Assembly: GCA_963727625.1 (NCBI GenBank)
Contig: CAVSHR010000009.1
Span: forward strand, 288,001-352,000
Direction: 5' to 3'
Source: an uncultured delta proteobacterium
GTDB taxonomy: Bacteria; Desulfobacterota; Binatia; UBA9968
DNA length: 64,000 nucleotides
In this document: positions 27,936 through 37,633 of the stretch, in pieces
Position numbering within the stretch: position 1 is the stretch's first letter
Layout of the letters: each line of letters starts with the position of its first letter
The notes under the pieces: generated by a model
Database searches by the model: none
The model's input: only the letters and a program-made list of their open reading frames with translations
What the model was told of the DNA's origin: nothing
Position numbers and translations under genes: made by a program

Positions 27936-30278
27936 TCAGGCGTCGTCCTTGTTCAACGGCAACCTGATTGAGAATGTCGTGCCCTGACCCGGCGCACTAT
28001 AGAAACTGAGGCTTCCCTTGTGAGCAGCGACGATCTGGCGCGCGATGACCAGCCCTAAGCCGGTTCCCGTGGGCTTAGTGGTTTTGAACGGCGTAAAAAT
28101 ATCTACGCCCTCCGGAACGCCGGCTCCGGTATCACTCACGTCGATGATCGCGTGATCACCGTCTAGCATGGCGCGCACGGCAAGCGTTCCGCCTTGCGGC
28201 ATCGCTTCCACGCCGTTCTTGCACAGGTTCAGGACCACTTGCTTAAGTCTGTCGCCGTCCGCGAATAATACCGGCAGATCTGCGGCAACCGACTCCGCGA
28301 TGCGGATCCCGCGACTGATATAATTGGGCCGTTCCATTTCGAGCACGTCCCGGATCACCGCCGCCAAGGATATCGGGCGAAAATTGTAGCGCTCCTCGCG
28401 ATAGAGCGAGCGAAACTCGCTCAGCAGGGAATTCACGCGTTTCATCTCTGCGACGATGCTTTGAAAAGAAGACAAGACCTTGTCGTCGCTGATGCCGGCA
28501 TTAACGAGCCGGCGCTCTAATAGCTGCGCGGTCATGAACATACCGTTTAACGGATTGCCGATCTCGTGGGCAAATTTCGCCGAGGTTGCGCCGATCGCCG
28601 CGAGCCGCTCCTTTCCGAGCAATTCGTTCTGCAATTTGGTTTTTTCCGAAATGTCGCGGATAAAAGCCGCGTAGTTGACCTCTTCCCCCGAAGCGATTTG
28701 CGTCACCGATATTTCAATGGGAAAATTCTCGCCGTTCTTGCGCCGTCCCGCGACCGTGCGAATCCGTCCGATCGCCCACGGCTCGCCAGTGGTTTCATAG
28801 CGCGCGATGTATTCGTCATGCTCGGAAGCATGGGGTTCGGCCATGAGTATATTGATTTTCTTTCCCTCCACTTCGGACTTCGCGTAGCCGAAGATTTTCT
28901 CAGCGGCCGGGTTGAACATGACAATGCGTGCCCGGCGATCGATGGAAATGACCGCGTCCTGGGTGGCGTCGATTAAGGTGCGAACCCAACGCTCGGCCTT
29001 TCGCTGCTCGGTAAGGTCACGCATGATGACCTGCATCGCGGCCCCTCCCTCCCAAGCCAGCGGTGCTGACACGGCCTCCACGTCCACAAGCGTCCCGTCC
29101 AATCGCAGCCTCCGTTGATAACTCGGCGGATTCGGTTTTCCGGTTTCCATCGCTCGATGGTAGCGGACTTCGACTTCCGCTCGGGTCTCTTGCGGAAATA
29201 GATCGAACGGCGAACGGCCGATCAGATCTTCCGCCGTCGACGCGCCGAACAGCCGAATGGCGGCTTTGTTAACGTAGACGATGCGGCGATCAAAATGCAC
29301 GTAGACCGCGTCAGGATTAAGATCGACCAAGGCGCGATAGTGTTCTTGGCTTTGGCGCAAAGAACCTTCCGCTTGGAGACGGGTCAAAATCTCTCGTTTC
29401 AGCATCTCGTTGGTCTTTTCCAAGTCGGCGGTTCGTTCTTGAACCCGCGACTCCAGCTGATTGTGAGATTCCTGCAAGGCTTGGGTCGTGGTCTGCAACT
29501 CCCCAGCCATTTGGTCCACCGCTTGGCCGATGGTTGCCAGCTCATCGCGACCAGCGAGATTCACGCGCGCGTTCAAGTCACCCGCCGCTAATCGTTCGGT
29601 GGTGCTGACGATTTGCCTGATCCGTAGGTGCGCTAAAGTTCGCTTGAGCTGCAAAAAGACCAGTCCGAAGGCGGCGGCAAACAACAGCCAAACAAAACTC
29701 AGGCGGCGAATGACCTGCCACCGCGCCGTTGTTTTCAAGCGGCCGAGGTCGTACCGCGACAGCAGATATCCCGTCGAGGGTCTTTGCGTCGCGCCGGTGT
29801 CATTCGGCAGCAGAACGGGATAGCAAACAAACACACTTTTACGATCGCCGCTCAATCGGACGACACCCTTCCAGCGGTTCCCCTTGCAGGCGGCAAGTTC
29901 AGGGATGAGTTCCGGCACCGCGGACGCGAGCGGATAACCGACGAGCGCGAGTCGCGTGGCCGCGACAACTTTTTCCCGCTCATCGATGAACACCACATCT
30001 TTGATTTGTTCTTGGAAGCTTTGATTGACAACGGCGCTCTGCACGCTGGACATGTCGTGCTGGCGCAGACGGTAGGCGATCGCGCCCTGCAGGTTGGACA
30101 TCGTCACCGAGACATCGGCCCGTCCTTTTTCTTCTACGCTCCGCAGGGCGTCTTTGAATTCAAAAACTGAAAAGAACACCAGAAACGCGATGCCACCAAT
30201 GCCAATGACCAGTGGAAGCAGCAGCCGGACCGGCAGCGGTCGGCGTAGATTAGGATTTGCAGCTATGGAATCAGTCAT
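27936..30278 (-). CDS. Membrane sensor histidine kinase (periplasmic domain, HAMP, 2 PAS including a FixL-like PAS)
   Basis: Two TM helices, DELATIGQA HAMP, EHDEYIARY..TGE..AIG..R...GRRKNG..FP (FixL heme-PAS pattern), AHEIGNPL and GTGLGL. Confidence 0.92.
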   Translation of the reverse strand: MTDSIAANPNLRRPLPVRLLLPLVIGIGGIAFLVFFSVFEFKDALRSVEEKGRADVSVTMSNLQGAIAYRLRQHDMSSVQSAVVNQSFQEQIKDVVFIDEREKVVAATRLALVGYPLASAVPELIPELAACKGNRWKGVVRLSGDRKSVFVCYPVLLPNDTGATQRPSTGYLLSRYDLGRLKTTARWQVIRRLSFVWLLFAAAFGLVFLQLKRTLAHLRIRQIVSTTERLAAGDLNARVNLAGRDELATIGQAVDQMAGELQTTTQALQESHNQLESRVQERTADLEKTNEMLKREILTRLQAEGSLRQSQEHYRALVDLNPDAVYVHFDRRIVYVNKAAIRLFGASTAEDLIGRSPFDLFPQETRAEVEVRYHRAMETGKPNPPSYQRRLRLDGTLVDVEAVSAPLAWEGGAAMQVIMRDLTEQRKAERWVRTLIDATQDAVISIDRRARIVMFNPAAEKIFGYAKSEVEGKKINILMAEPHASEHDEYIARYETTGEPWAIGRIRTVAGRRKNGENFPIEISVTQIASGEEVNYAAFIRDISEKTKLQNELLGKERLAAIGATSAKFAHEIGNPLNGMFMTAQLLERRLVNAGISDDKVLSSFQSIVAEMKRVNSLLSEFRSLYREERYNFRPISLAAVIRDVLEMERPNYISRGIRIAESVAADLPVLFADGDRLKQVVLNLCKNGVEAMPQGGTLAVRAMLDGDHAIIDVSDTGAGVPEGVDIFTPFKTTKPTGTGLGLVIARQIVAAHKGSLSFYSAPGQGTTFSIRLPLNKDDA

Positions 30279-30287
30279 AGGGTATGA

Positions 30288-31271
30288 TCATAGCAGGCTC
30301 TCAACGGCGACCGGACGGCGCAGTAGCCCGTAATTGACCATGCGTTCCATTATTTGGCGCGCCGGCGCAACAAGACCAGCCGAAGCGCCCGCCAGCAACT
30401 TTTGATTTTCTGCCGGCGTGGGAAAGCGAATAGCCTCAAGCGTGTTTCGAAACTCGGCGGGAGAAAGCTTCGCCCGAGGCGCCATGCGCTCGGTCGCATC
30501 CGTGGGATTGGCTTGAAGATATTCCAATGCGCGATGCCAAGCCGAACGGAGGCTTTCAACTTCCCGTGGAAATCTTTCAGCGCAGTCACGGTTCACGATT
30601 AGAACATCAACGATTTCTCCGGGAATTTCACGGCTGCTGAAAAGCTCGCGCATGCCCGCCTTTTTCAAACGCGTCCGCACCGGTTCGAAAGTCACCATCG
30701 CATCGACCCTGCCCCAGAGATAAGCCCGTTCATGTTCGGCAACTACGGCGGCCACGACTCTGATGTCCTCGAGCCGTAGGCCGCCCTTTTGCAGAGCCCT
30801 GCGCAAGACGTAGACTCCGGTGGCGGTATTCTCAACCCCGACGCTTCGTCCCTTGAGACCGCCCAGCGTTCGAATCTCAGGCCGGGCAAGGAGGGCATCT
30901 GCGCCGTTGGAAAAATTCATAACGAGAATGATTTTCAAGGCAATGCCGTCTGCCGCGAGCTGCAAGGCTTCGTTGAGAGTCAAGCCTGCTGCCTCCACTG
31001 TGCCGTTCCCGAAAGCGCGCATGCAATCGCTCGCCGACGAAAACTCGACCAACCGCACCTCATTGTTATTGAAGTAACCGAGTGACCGGGCCAGGTAAAG
31101 CGGCTCGTAGCCTGGCCATTGGTTGGTGCAAACGTGAAACACCCGGGCCGATGGTATATTGCAGCCCGGCAAGACGGCCAAGCACAATAAGAGCGACGCG
31201 AGCGAGGTCAGCACCTCACTCGTCCGATGCAGACGCCGGGTTCGTAAGATTGAGACTGCAGCGACCGCCAT
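30288..31271 (-). CDS. NMT1/SsuA-type ABC substrate-binding (lipo)protein
   Basis: LPGC lipobox, WPGYEPLYLA, FSNGADA, LKGRSVG, TFEP and PGEIVD. Confidence 0.85.
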   Translation of the reverse strand: MAVAAVSILRTRRLHRTSEVLTSLASLLLCLAVLPGCNIPSARVFHVCTNQWPGYEPLYLARSLGYFNNNEVRLVEFSSASDCMRAFGNGTVEAAGLTLNEALQLAADGIALKIILVMNFSNGADALLARPEIRTLGGLKGRSVGVENTATGVYVLRRALQKGGLRLEDIRVVAAVVAEHERAYLWGRVDAMVTFEPVRTRLKKAGMRELFSSREIPGEIVDVLIVNRDCAERFPREVESLRSAWHRALEYLQANPTDATERMAPRAKLSPAEFRNTLEAIRFPTPAENQKLLAGASAGLVAPARQIMERMVNYGLLRRPVAVESLL

Positions 31272-31378
31272 GTCCTTCTTCTCTTCGAAAAAATGGGAAT
31301 ACAGACTCCGACCTTTTAACCATGCCGGCGAAATCCGGCACGGTCCGGCTCTCACGATTCGACTTTCACGGACTGTGA

Positions 31379-31849
31379 TCATTCACTGTGTTGGAGCGCC
31401 GCAATGAGCTGATCGATAAATCCCAGCTGCCCCGCGATGATCCGGTTTCGCGCCTCGGAGATAGCGAACCACTGAGCGCGGTCGACCTCCGGGAATTTTT
31501 GCATCCGCCCGGACTTGGGCGGCCACTCCATGGAGAATAAGTTGCTTTGAATCTTAGAGGCGTCGCAATCGGCTTCGATCGCCCAGGCGTGAACGATTTT
31601 TCCGCCACGCTGTTTTATCGGGTCGAGCCGACGAAATCCGCTGTCGATGGAAAATCCGGTCTCTTCGGTAAATTCACGCTTGGCGGCCTGAAGCGGGTCC
31701 TCGCCCTCCTGGAACTCCCCCTTTGGCAATGACCATGCCCCGGCGTCCTTTTTTGCCCAGAACGGTCCGCCGGGATGAATGAGGAAGACCTCGAAGTCGC
31801 CGCGCCGGCGATACAGTAAGAGACCGGCGCTGGCCTTTTTCTGCGTCAT
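31379..31849 (-). CDS. NUDIX hydrolase
   Basis: HPGGPFW and Nudix box PKG...GEDPLQAAKREFTEETG. Confidence 0.92.
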   Translation of the reverse strand: MTQKKASAGLLLYRRRGDFEVFLIHPGGPFWAKKDAGAWSLPKGEFQEGEDPLQAAKREFTEETGFSIDSGFRRLDPIKQRGGKIVHAWAIEADCDASKIQSNLFSMEWPPKSGRMQKFPEVDRAQWFAISEARNRIIAGQLGFIDQLIAALQHSE

Positions 31850-31881
31850 GAAGAAATAAGACGGATAAACTACTTCATTGC

Positions 31882-32268
31882 TCAATACAACCGCTTGCAG
31901 CCCTGGTTATCCTTGAAAGCCGTGGCGCTATGAAAAGCGATCCGTACCGTGATTAGCGCTGTTGAAAGCACGAGCGCCCGTCGGTTAATCGCGGTCGGAG
32001 TAGCGATTGGAATGATGTCGAAGCTGTCGCGGATCAGAGCTTTGGAGGAAATGCCCGAGCCGATCATAGCCATGACTTCGGCATCCAGACCGTGCTTCTC
32101 ATAGCGACCGGGCGCCTAACTGACGAAGATCATAATATTGCCGACGCGCACCGAGGGCACGCCGCCGCGAATTTTTTTGAGCGGCTTATTTTGCGCGCGG
32201 CCCGCGCCAACGATCGCAAAAAGTAAAATTCCCGAAGCAAACGCGACAGTTAATTTAAAGCGCAACAT
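31882..32268 (-). pseudogene. 5' remnant of an NMT1-type substrate-binding protein gene
   Basis: Signal peptide MLRFKLTVAF...AQNKPLKKIR, an in-frame TAG, then YEKHGLDAEV..M.GSG...KAL before homology is lost. Confidence 0.6.
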
Positions 32269-32282
32269 GGCTTCATCCCGAA

Positions 32283-32324
32283 TCGAACGACTGGAACGTT
32301 TGGAACTCTTGGAACGGCTGGAAC
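32283..32324. repeat. 9-bp periodic tandem repeat (TGGAACnnn x5)
   Basis: tcgaacgac tggaacgtt tggaactct tggaacggc tggaac. Confidence 0.75.
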
Positions 32325-32332
32325 CAATTTAA

Positions 32333-34081
32333 TCACACCATCTGCATATACACATCGACCAAGGCCGGTCGTTTTTCTTCTTTGATGACCTTGATCGCCC
32401 GTTCCACCGCCGGGCGAATCTGCTCCGGTTCAGTGATCGGTCCCTCGCCGTGAAGACTGAAGGAGCGCGCCAAGTTGGCAAAGTCCACCGGGGGCTTGGC
32501 CATTTCCATACCCACGAGTTTGTTCTCCACCGGACGGCTGCGGTGGATCGCGACCTTTTCCTGGTGCTCCACGTCGTTATAATAAACCCGATTATTGGTC
32601 ATCACCGTCAACAAAGGCACGCCGGTGTTGGCCGCCGTCCACATAGCGCTAGGGGTGTAAAGCATCTCGCCGTCGCGCTGCAGGTTGACGCAGATCTTGT
32701 CCGTGCCGCGGTAGGGCAGCGACGCGCCGACCGATGCCGCCGGACCGTAGCCTAGACCGCCGCCACCGTAGCCGCCGAGAAACAGACCCGGCTTGTCCCA
32801 AGTCCACAAACGGCTCGGCCAGCCGCGGAATGCGCCGGCGACCAGCAGCCAATCTTCTTTTTTCAACGCTTCCCATATTTCCCAGGCCAGACGCGGCGGC
32901 GCGATCGGCCGCTCGTCCCAGCGCTTCTTGAGATCTGCTTGCCAGCGCGCGTGGATTTCTTCGTGCTGCGCCGCCATCGCCTTGCGCCGGTCATCGACGA
33001 TGCTCTTGGAAAACTTTCCCTGTTTTTTGATCTCTTCAGCCAAAGCCGGGAGAAAAACTCTGGTGTTGGCGATTATAGGCAAATCCACCGGCGCCAATTC
33101 TTGAAAATCGCTGGTCCAGCTCCGCACCGAGAGATCGTTGAGCGTCACGTTGATGACCTTACAGCCGGGCTTGGTCGCCGGCAAGGTAGCGTGCGTTGCG
33201 GGGTCCTGCTTGACCAGCGCGCCGTAAAGATCGGTCATGTCCAGTCCCATGATGACGTCGGCGTTGGCGATCAGCTCGCGGTTTTTGCCGGTGAGATTGA
33301 GCGCGTGGGTGTTGGGGAAATTCAAGCGCGCGCCGCAATCGATGACCGGGATCGACAAGAGGTCGGCGAGCGCCACCAGGCTCAGCACCGCGTCGTTGTT
33401 ACGGCCGACGTAGTCGGCAAGGATCACCGGATTCTGCGCCGTCGACAATAATAGCGCCGCTTCTTTTATCGCATCGTAGTCCGCCTGCAATGGCGCCGGC
33501 GGGCGGAAGCGGCTCGGGTCGGGCAGCGGGATTTCTTTTTCGATCGCGGCCTCCTGATCGGTGACGTCGAAGCAGAGATAGACCGGCCCGCCCGGATCGC
33601 TCATGGCGATGCGATAGCCGCGCATGATCGCGGATGGAAACGCTTCGATACCCACCGGCTGGTTGTCCCACTTGACGAAGTCGCGCACCAGGTTGCCCTG
33701 CACCTGCGCGGTGTGAATCCAATCGATCCACGGCCGGCGCTTGCTCGAATTCATCGGCCCGGTGCCGCCCATGACCATCACCGGGGTGTGATCACACCAG
33801 GCGTTATAGATCGCCATCGAAGCATGCTGCAGGCCGACGACGTTGTGGACGATCGCCGGCATGATCTTGCCGGTCGCCTTGGCGTAGCCGTGCGCCACCG
33901 CTACGGCGATCTCCTCGTGACAGCAAAGAACCATTTCCGGGTTGGGCGTGCGGCCGCTTTCGTAGTTGACGAGGGAATCGTGGATGCCGCGGAAACTCGA
34001 ACCGGGATTGAGCGCGACATACTCGATGCCCAAGACCTTGAGGAGATCGACGACCAGATCGGAACCGTAACGTGCCGGCAT
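32333..34081 (-). CDS. Thiamine pyrophosphate-dependent enzyme (benzoylformate decarboxylase/acetolactate synthase-like)
   Basis: LNPGSS, HEE.AVAVAHGYA and PGGPVYL. The C-terminal TPP motif reads RDG...NN (canonical GDG). Confidence 0.9.
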   Translation of the reverse strand: MPARYGSDLVVDLLKVLGIEYVALNPGSSFRGIHDSLVNYESGRTPNPEMVLCCHEEIAVAVAHGYAKATGKIMPAIVHNVVGLQHASMAIYNAWCDHTPVMVMGGTGPMNSSKRRPWIDWIHTAQVQGNLVRDFVKWDNQPVGIEAFPSAIMRGYRIAMSDPGGPVYLCFDVTDQEAAIEKEIPLPDPSRFRPPAPLQADYDAIKEAALLLSTAQNPVILADYVGRNNDAVLSLVALADLLSIPVIDCGARLNFPNTHALNLTGKNRELIANADVIMGLDMTDLYGALVKQDPATHATLPATKPGCKVINVTLNDLSVRSWTSDFQELAPVDLPIIANTRVFLPALAEEIKKQGKFSKSIVDDRRKAMAAQHEEIHARWQADLKKRWDERPIAPPRLAWEIWEALKKEDWLLVAGAFRGWPSRLWTWDKPGLFLGGYGGGGLGYGPAASVGASLPYRGTDKICVNLQRDGEMLYTPSAMWTAANTGVPLLTVMTNNRVYYNDVEHQEKVAIHRSRPVENKLVGMEMAKPPVDFANLARSFSLHGEGPITEPEQIRPAVERAIKVIKEEKRPALVDVYMQMV

Positions 34082-34143
34082 AAAACCTCCATTGGTTAAG
34101 CGCGTCAATGAAAAGAGCTAGAGCGAAGACACCAAGAGTTTTT

Positions 34144-34219
34144 TCCCGTAAAGGCGCAAATCTCGCCAAGGTCGGAGAACCTAGAATTATTTTCTTTGCG
34201 CCTTGGCGCCTTTGCGGGA
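34144..34219. repeat. Intergenic palindromic repeat (AAAGGCGC/GCGCCTTT type)
   Basis: TCCCGTAAAGGCGC vs GCGCCTTTGCGGGA (13/14 inverted match), with internal periodic units. Confidence 0.6.
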
Positions 34220-34308
34220 GTCATCGGTTTTTGAGTTTCTTCACCAAAAAAATCGGCGCGCTGTCAGACTCTCCGTCTGCCAGCGCGCCGATAGATCACT
34301 AAATCAAA

Positions 34309-35370
34309 CTACTGCACCGGATGTGGAATGTCGATGTTGTAGAGACTTTTGACGTTGCTATAGACCAGCTTCTTGCGAATACCCGCCGGCAAGTGGCCGA
34401 GGTCGCGATCGATGAATTTTTTCGATTCCGGCCAGGTCGAGTTGCCATGCGGGTAGTCGTTGGACCACATGCAGTTGTCCTGTCCCCACCACTCGAAGTT
34501 GTGGCCCGCCACGGTGTCGCGGAAGAAGGTGCCAAAAATCTGCGTCTTGAAATACTCGCTCGGGTTTTTGGTGAACGGCGGCGGATTCACTTTCTTGAAG
34601 CGGTTATAGTAGTAGTCCCACTGCTGCATCATGAACGGCATCCAACCGATCTCGTTTTCCACGCTGACGAACTTAAGCTTCGGGTAGCGCTCCAGCACGC
34701 CGTAGAAAATCAGCTCGAAAAAGGCGTCAATGATCTCCTTGAGCTTCAGGTTGACGCTCCCGCGATAGGCTTCGACTCCCGTGCGCTTATTCCCGAATAC
34801 GGTTTCCTTGTGGTAGCCGTGGCCGGTGAGGATATGCAGATGAACCGGAATATTCAGATCCTGCGACGCCGCCCAGAACTTATTGTAGTGCTCGGAATGA
34901 AATGGCAGGTCTGGATGGGGCGCTTGCCAGATAATCGAGCCGTTCATGCCGGCCTTGGCGCAGCGCTCCAACTCTTTCACCGCCGAGTCGATATCGTAGA
35001 CCGAAATCGCCGCGATGCCTATCAGGCGCTTCGGCGAACTGTTGCAGTACTCGATCAGCCAATCGTTGTAGGCGCGAAAGCTGACTTCCTGGAGCTTGGC
35101 GTCGTCCATCGCGAAGTGCGGCAACAGGTAGGTCGGATAGAGCACCTCGGCGCTCAGACCGTCGGTTTCCATTTCTGTAATACGGTGCGTCGGGTCCGAC
35201 CCGCCCGGGTGGGTCTGAAAGCTGCTGCCGACCTCCAGCTTTGGAAAGCGTGGAACTTTGTCCTTGAAGGCCTGCGGCGCCCGCTCGGCGAGAATTTCCG
35301 AAGGCTCCATCACATGGGAGTCCGAGGAAATCAAAACTTCGAAGCCTGCATTACTGCCGTTACCAGCCAT
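34309..35370 (-). CDS. Amidohydrolase family 2 protein
   Basis: SSDSHVMEP, EVLYPT, RAYNDWL, VHLH, VE..IGW and WSNDYPH. Confidence 0.92.
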   Translation of the reverse strand: MAGNGSNAGFEVLISSDSHVMEPSEILAERAPQAFKDKVPRFPKLEVGSSFQTHPGGSDPTHRITEMETDGLSAEVLYPTYLLPHFAMDDAKLQEVSFRAYNDWLIEYCNSSPKRLIGIAAISVYDIDSAVKELERCAKAGMNGSIIWQAPHPDLPFHSEHYNKFWAASQDLNIPVHLHILTGHGYHKETVFGNKRTGVEAYRGSVNLKLKEIIDAFFELIFYGVLERYPKLKFVSVENEIGWMPFMMQQWDYYYNRFKKVNPPPFTKNPSEYFKTQIFGTFFRDTVAGHNFEWWGQDNCMWSNDYPHGNSTWPESKKFIDRDLGHLPAGIRKKLVYSNVKSLYNIDIPHPVQ

Positions 35371-35460
35371 ACCCTTTTCCTCCTTTGCCCGATTGACTCA
35401 TGGCTCTAGACTTACTGGCAGCTCTACCACCAACTGCATCGGAGCGTCAAGGTTTTGGGA

Positions 35461-35534
35461 AATGGGGTAATGGAATACTGGAGTGTTGGAGTATTGGGTT
35501 TAGACCCATCTCTCCACTACTCCACCACTCCATT
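35461..35534. repeat. Intergenic hairpin built from 8-bp TGGAGT units and inverted ACTCCA units
   Basis: aatggggt aatggaat actggagt gttggagt attgggt / acccatct ctccacta ctccacca ctccatt. Confidence 0.65.
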
Positions 35535-35544
35535 CTTCAAACCT

Positions 35545-35690
35545 TTAGAACCCTCCTTCCTTCTCGAGCTTTTTAACCATCCGGTCGTCGATGATGTCTT
35601 CGACTCTGAGCTTGCGAATTGGCTCGCTGGTTCGGCCAAGTATGCGAAGCACATTGCGCCATCGCAGTCGTGCATCGGGGCGACCCGAAA
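35545..35690 (-). pseudogene. C-terminal remnant of an NMT1-type substrate-binding protein
   Basis: ...RNVLRILG...IRKLRVEDIIDDRMVKKLEKEG resembles the tail of the 51957-52892 protein (WDMHWVKELDDEGF). Confidence 0.45.
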
Positions 35691-35701
35691 TAGCAGCAAA
35701 A

Positions 35702-36364
35702 TCAATCGGCGTGAATTGCGACAAAATGGTCCCACGCTCGCTCGACGGAAGTCGGCTTGAAGGTCCGCTTGGCGATTTTCTCCGCTTCGTCGCGCTCCAT
35801 GAACATCGGCGTACCGATTCGCATCGCTTCGGTTTGCAGACGCGCCGATTCTTCCAGAAATAGCGCCAATATGCAGACCTCGCGAATCGATTGCCCAACG
35901 ACAACCGCGCCGTGGCCGCGCAGCATCAGCGCCTTGGCATTGCCCAATAGCTTGGCCATTTCCCCGGCCCGCGCCGGCGTTTCGACCTGTCCCGTTCCGC
36001 TATAGAGCGGCACGCCCTCGTAGAAGATCGCGCTGTAGTTGTGCAGGGGGCGGATGGTTTGGCCGACGACGCTTAAAAGAATTACCGCCGGCGAGTGGAA
36101 ATGAAAGACCGCTTTGACACCGGGGCGGGCTTTGTAGATCGCCTGGTGCAAGGAAGACTGCGGCACGGGCTTGTCAAAGTCGACGAAGAACAATTCCTCT
36201 CTTTGGACCAGCGCCGGACTCTTGCGCGGCATGAACATCATCTCGTCGCCCCTATCGCTGCGCATACTGAGATGGGCGAAGGCGTCGCTCAATCCCTCCC
36301 GATAAATGATCCGAAGCGCCATGATGAAATCCTCTTTGACCGCGTCATAACTTTTGTCGATCAT
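35702..36364 (-). CDS. Class II aldolase/adducin family protein
   Basis: HLSMR, LHQAIYKARP, VFHFHS and LMLRGHGAVVVG. Confidence 0.9.
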   Translation of the reverse strand: MIDKSYDAVKEDFIMALRIIYREGLSDAFAHLSMRSDRGDEMMFMPRKSPALVQREELFFVDFDKPVPQSSLHQAIYKARPGVKAVFHFHSPAVILLSVVGQTIRPLHNYSAIFYEGVPLYSGTGQVETPARAGEMAKLLGNAKALMLRGHGAVVVGQSIREVCILALFLEESARLQTEAMRIGTPMFMERDEAEKIAKRTFKPTSVERAWDHFVAIHAD

Positions 36365-36477
36365 ATTGATGTTCGCCTTTCCCCAGCGGCGTGGAATCAG
36401 TCAACACTCAGGTCCGACGCCCAAATCAGATTGATTGACAAATTAAGCAATCGTTTGGCCGGTGACAAACAACCGAA

Positions 36478-36693
36478 TCACTGCTGAGCCGCCTCGGCGT
36501 GCAATCGTATGCCCAGTGCACTGACCACTTTTAAGAATGGTGTCGAAGTCCGGACTCCGCCCACCGGCCGGACGTCTCCGGGGTTTCCTGCCGCAAGGCG
36601 TTCAATCCCGACTTGCACCCTCGCCCGCGCACGGATATCGCTCAGCTCGTCAAGCCAGCGAGCAAACGTTTCGGTCTTGCACACCTCAAGCAC
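36478..36693 (-). pseudogene. Collapsed addiction module: N-terminus of a RelE-type killer fused to the C-terminus of its antidote
   Basis: KTETFARWLDELSDIRARARV...IERLAAGNPGDVRPVGG (killer) is joined to LKVVSALGIRLHA (antidote tail). Confidence 0.7.
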
Positions 36694-36964
36694 AAGCAAA
36701 TGTAGCCGCCAGGCTAGCACTGTCAAGGTCGAGGTGAACCGCCTAAAGTTATTGGGGCTTCTCGTCATAGGATCAGCGAGGACCTGCCACCCTTGTGAAA
36801 AACCGTATATGCGTCCCTGAGATTACTGAGCCCATCGCCTGAATTCAAAATCTTCGAGTGAAAAACAGTAAACTTATAGGCTCTAGATTCGATCGACTAG
36901 AAGACTATAACGATTGCTCTGCCTGGTTTCGGTATCGCCCCGATTTTTGTCTGGCGCATGGCAA

Positions 36965-37633
36965 TTAACCGTTGTTCTTGTCGGTCTGCTTGGGGTCCCA
37001 TCGCTTTCGCAGCGTTGGAAGGTCCTCGCTCACCGTGAGAATGATCACCTCATCACCCTCGCGCAGTGTGGTTTTTTCATCGGCGAAATGAAAATCGTCG
37101 TCGCGATAGTAACAGATCACTCTCGCTCCCTCCGGCAGTCCGAGCTCACCGACGGCGATGGCATCTTGCTTGCTCGTCGTGAATGTAAAGAGTCGCGCGT
37201 CGTCTTTGAGCACCGTGGAGAGCTCGATGTTATCCAGGCCGAGGGCCATGTCCATAAGATGACGGCTCACGGTCCGAGCGGGAATAATGGTATTTTCTAG
37301 GCCGAGTTCGCGGCAAACGGGCGCAAGCTGGGAATCCACGATGCTCGGCACGACCCGCTTGAAACCAAGCGATCGTCCGACCAAAGCGGCCAGTACGTTG
37401 ACCTGGTCATTGCCGGTGAGGCAAAAAAGGACGTCGGTTTTTTCCGGGTTCACTTCCTTCAGAATGGCCGGTTTAGCCCCATCGCCATGAAGGACTCCGC
37501 AATCCAATTCATCGGAGATTTGCTTCAGCTTCTCTTGATCGGCATCTACGATAACTACCTCATGACCCTGCTTGATCAGCATCCCGGCCGTGAGCACGGC
37601 CTCTTCGCTGGCGCCAACAAAGACGATTCTCAT
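36965..37633 (-). CDS. trkA: Trk system potassium uptake regulatory subunit
   Basis: RCK_N (GHEVVIVD, HGDG, T.NDQVN) plus RCK_C. ATGA overlap with trkH. Confidence 0.92.
   Translation of the reverse strand: MRIVFVGASEEAVLTAGMLIKQGHEVVIVDADQEKLKQISDELDCGVLHGDGAKPAILKEVNPEKTDVLFCLTGNDQVNVLAALVGRSLGFKRVVPSIVDSQLAPVCRELGLENTIIPARTVSRHLMDMALGLDNIELSTVLKDDARLFTFTTSKQDAIAVGELGLPEGARVICYYRDDDFHFADEKTTLREGDEVIILTVSEDLPTLRKRWDPKQTDKNNG

Noticed and set aside
34321-35409. 362-aa plus-strand ORF, and similar long antisense ORFs (25710-26534, 53147-54046)
   Set aside because: Antisense shadows of high-GC3 genes that have clear family motifs on the other strand.
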